Below are positions 61,501 through 64,000 of a stretch of 64,000 bases of DNA, one piece after another. The notes under the pieces were generated by a model, which worked only from the letters and a program-made list of their open reading frames with translations, had not been told where the DNA came from and made no database searches. The position numbers and the translations under genes were made by a program. Positions within the stretch are counted from its first letter, which is position 1. Each line of letters starts with the position of its first letter. The stretch is from Botryllus schlosseri (Eukaryota): contig CM119383.1 in NCBI GenBank assembly GCA_051294905.1, positions 10,044,001-10,108,000 of the forward strand. The letters are read 5' to 3'.

Positions 61501-63216
61501 GGTTGACCAAGAATAATCGCAATGCTTCTCAGGATCATCACCAAATATTTTCAACATTGAACTTTATTATCTTTACACATTTCTATGAGGAAGTGTTTTT
61601 CTCTTTGGATTGTTGACTTTATGACCTCATGTCACGATGATGTCACCTATGGTCTAAATTTTAGTTCAGTGTTAGTTTCAACATGAAGCAAATATATTCT
61701 TAAGCACGCTGTCTTCTGTTGAGTGACACCAAAAAGTAACACGCAGCGGGAAACTTTCCTCGCCTAATAAAAACCGCATCTCCAAGGACAAGCTTGTGTA
61801 TTGACTCAGATGATCGAAAAGCAATTTGTAATGCTAATGAAGCGTGGGTCCTACGCAAATCGCCTGCACGAAAGGCACAATATGCTCAGGGAAATGTAAA
61901 GGACAATTCGCACTGATGCATGTAATTACCTCCCATAGCCAGTATTATTATTCAACGAAAGACTCATCGCTATGAGAATTACCACTAATTGACATAAAGA
62001 AATGATTTGTTAACATCGTAGATGCTAGTCTCATATCCTATTAGTGGAATTATTCTACTTCAATGAATGATCATAGCATGTTCTGGAGTAGATAGCTCAT
62101 TAAACTAAGCCTATTTTAGTGCTTGAGATGTGTTGATGTCAACACGGCATCGAAATGCGAATAATACCTTAATAACTATTATTAGGAAGATTTCTCTCGA
62201 AAGCTGACACTTATGCACAATGTATGACGTACAATCCATCAGTTCAGATTAGTTTAGGCATCCCGCAGACACGTGTAGGTCATAGGGTTTGTGTACAGTT
62301 TACATACATGCTACACATACATATCGCCGACGTTACAGCAGAGCATGTAGGCCTACTTAATATAAATTTGCTTCATAAGAAATGTATACAATTTTCAAAT
62401 CGCCTCGGTTTTGGCAGTGTCTTGGCTATTGCGCATCAAGGCAATATGCCCATTAATTCATCTGAGTCTCCATCGACGGAATGAAGTTTCCATCACCGAA
62501 GTCGTTTCAGCTGGTGAGGAATAGTGATATTGGGCATAGGCGAATTGCTTATTTTGAAACAATAACGCCAATATATTTCAAAACTGAAATCAATTTCAGC
62601 ATTTCGAAATGCTCCACTCGCGGGTCGCAAAATATGACCTGGCGGGCCACGTGTTGGTGACCCCCTCTAAACGAACCTATAGGTAGGGTGGACTAAAAAT
62701 CTACGGGTCGTATCCAAAAGATAATTTTGCGCTTCTTCACCAGGGCTAAGACTCATCAAGGCAACCCAGCGTGTATTCGCAAGATGAAAGATCAGATATT
62801 CGTCAAATAAATTATTTAGGATTTTTAAAACTTCATTCCAGTCGATTATATCATTTCGGCGTTATCGGTCAGTTTCGCTATTTGGTAAGTTAACGTAAAC
62901 GCCATCACCTCAATCTCACCATGACTGTGACATTTTAAAAACTACTGTGATACAGGAAGACGTCACTGATTTACAAGATGCGATCTTAACCGTATCCATA
63001 AACTCCTTTACAGCGCAGCCAATGTACCTGACGCCGACCGAGGCTTTCCACAACAGCCAACTGGTGTCGACGAGTTACTCCAAGAAAAGAAAAGCGCGGA
63101 CTGTCTTTAAAGAGGACCAACTGCGCTTTCTCGAAGATAAATTTCGCACGAAGAGATACCTGTCCAACGTCGAAAGGGAAGAGATCGCAAAATTATTGAA
63201 TTTGGACGATACAAAG
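58521..63216 (+). CDS. ANTP-class NK-like homeobox transcription factor, closest in my reading to Bsx/Bsh; 3' exon outside the window
   Basis: Exon 58521-59142 has an eh1 motif PFLIENIL and a phase-1 donor GTAAGG. Exon 63014-63216 follows the acceptor ctttacag and encodes KRKARTVFKEDQLRFLEDKFRTKRYLSNVEREEIAKLLNLDDTK. The donor falls between homeodomain positions 44 and 45, an intron position common in NK-like genes. The recognition-helix exon was not found before base 64000. Confidence 0.85.
59904..60355. mobile_element. Young hAT (Blackjack-like) MITE in homeobox intron 1
   Basis: TIRs TAGGCTTACCATA and TATGGTAAGCCTA; perfect TSD CTGTTATA; subterminal GTCCTCTTTT repeats; internal poly-T module. 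Confidence 0.9.
61390..61475. mobile_element. hAT MITE 3' end fragment
   Basis: GGGGTCCATGGGAGTCCGTGA..AAAAAGGTTACGAACCCCTG followed by ATCTAGAA; left end not located. Confidence 0.45.
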
Positions 63217-64000
63217 GTATATCTATAAATGACGTATTCATTCTGACATGTAATTGTAATCGATGTATGTACATGTACATTGTAGTATAGCTTACGACTA
63301 CGGCAATAACGTATTATGGACCTTATCCGTTATGAGTTTTGATTGCAGTATTACAACTATCCCCTGGTGCTAAGGTGTATACCAAGCTGAACGATAGTGT
63401 GACGTATTCGACATGACATAGGGACGCATTTATGGTGTGCACCAGTTCGCCTCAGATATTATTCTGTAGAGGAGGTCAAGTAGAAGTAGAGGTAAGGACG
63501 TATATTTATACTCTCAATTACAAGTAGAAGTAGCGATTTCCATGACATTCGAAAATACTTAAGTAGAAATAGAAAATGAAAGATTTGAAAAGTAGTTTTG
63601 GTCGAGGTGTCGCATTCTTTAGTAAAAAATGTAATAAGCGTAAAATTACTGATGACTCCACCAATACAATAATTTTCCGGAAATTTATAGGGCCTATTTG
63701 ACTACCATGATACAGGGCTTTATCGCCCAAGTGATATGACAATTTCCCTTACAAGACTACTACAAACCGATCACAAAACCAATTTGTACTTTACTAAAGC
63801 CGAAGTGCAAAAAGTAAGAAGGTAGTATAGGTAAAACCTGCTCGAGTATACTCTGATAAAGAAGAGGTACTTCATTTCTAACCAGCTCTGACGAAATCAA
63901 GACACCTCTTGGCACATGGCCTGTTTAAAATATGTTTTGAATTGTTGTTGTTCTTTAGCCGTGACGTCACTTAACTTTAATTGTGAATTGGCAGTGGATT

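Noticed and set aside
1-64000. CRISPR arrays, rRNA genes, true tRNA genes, prokaryotic operons
   Set aside because: None seen; the sequence is spliceosomal-intron eukaryotic DNA and its tandem arrays have no unique spacers.

Overview
AT-rich, intron-containing animal genomic DNA. The many 56-66 nt introns plus vertebrate-like intron positions suggest an invertebrate chordate, probably an ascidian (inference only). Exons were reconstructed by hand from splice sites and phase continuity. Five co-oriented minus-strand genes run right to left: an NR2C (TR2/TR4) nuclear receptor (about 55053-45703), a TBK1/IKKepsilon kinase (42250-31258), the E3 ligase KCMF1 (28664-16179), a small EGF-plus-transmembrane gene (about 9164-8382, ends unresolved), and the N-terminus of a probable GPCR leaving the window at base 1. 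A plus-strand NK-like (Bsx/Bsh-like) homeobox gene starts at 58521 and runs off the right end. Introns and intergenic DNA are packed with non-autonomous DNA transposons (many hAT MITEs with 8-bp TSDs), a decayed Chapaev3-like transposase element, tRNA-derived SINEs and foldback elements. The two strongest leads are (1) phase-compatible hidden exons in KCMF1 intron 6 that would add a canonical LIR-like motif (DDDDGWDVV), giving a p62-like ZZ+LIR protein, and (2) a 1.2-kb Merlin-like palindromic transposon whose arms are arrays of a 22-23 bp TTAGGG-containing unit. Most short ORFs in the supplied track are spurious or exon fragments. Family assignments come from recalled consensus sequences, not database searches.
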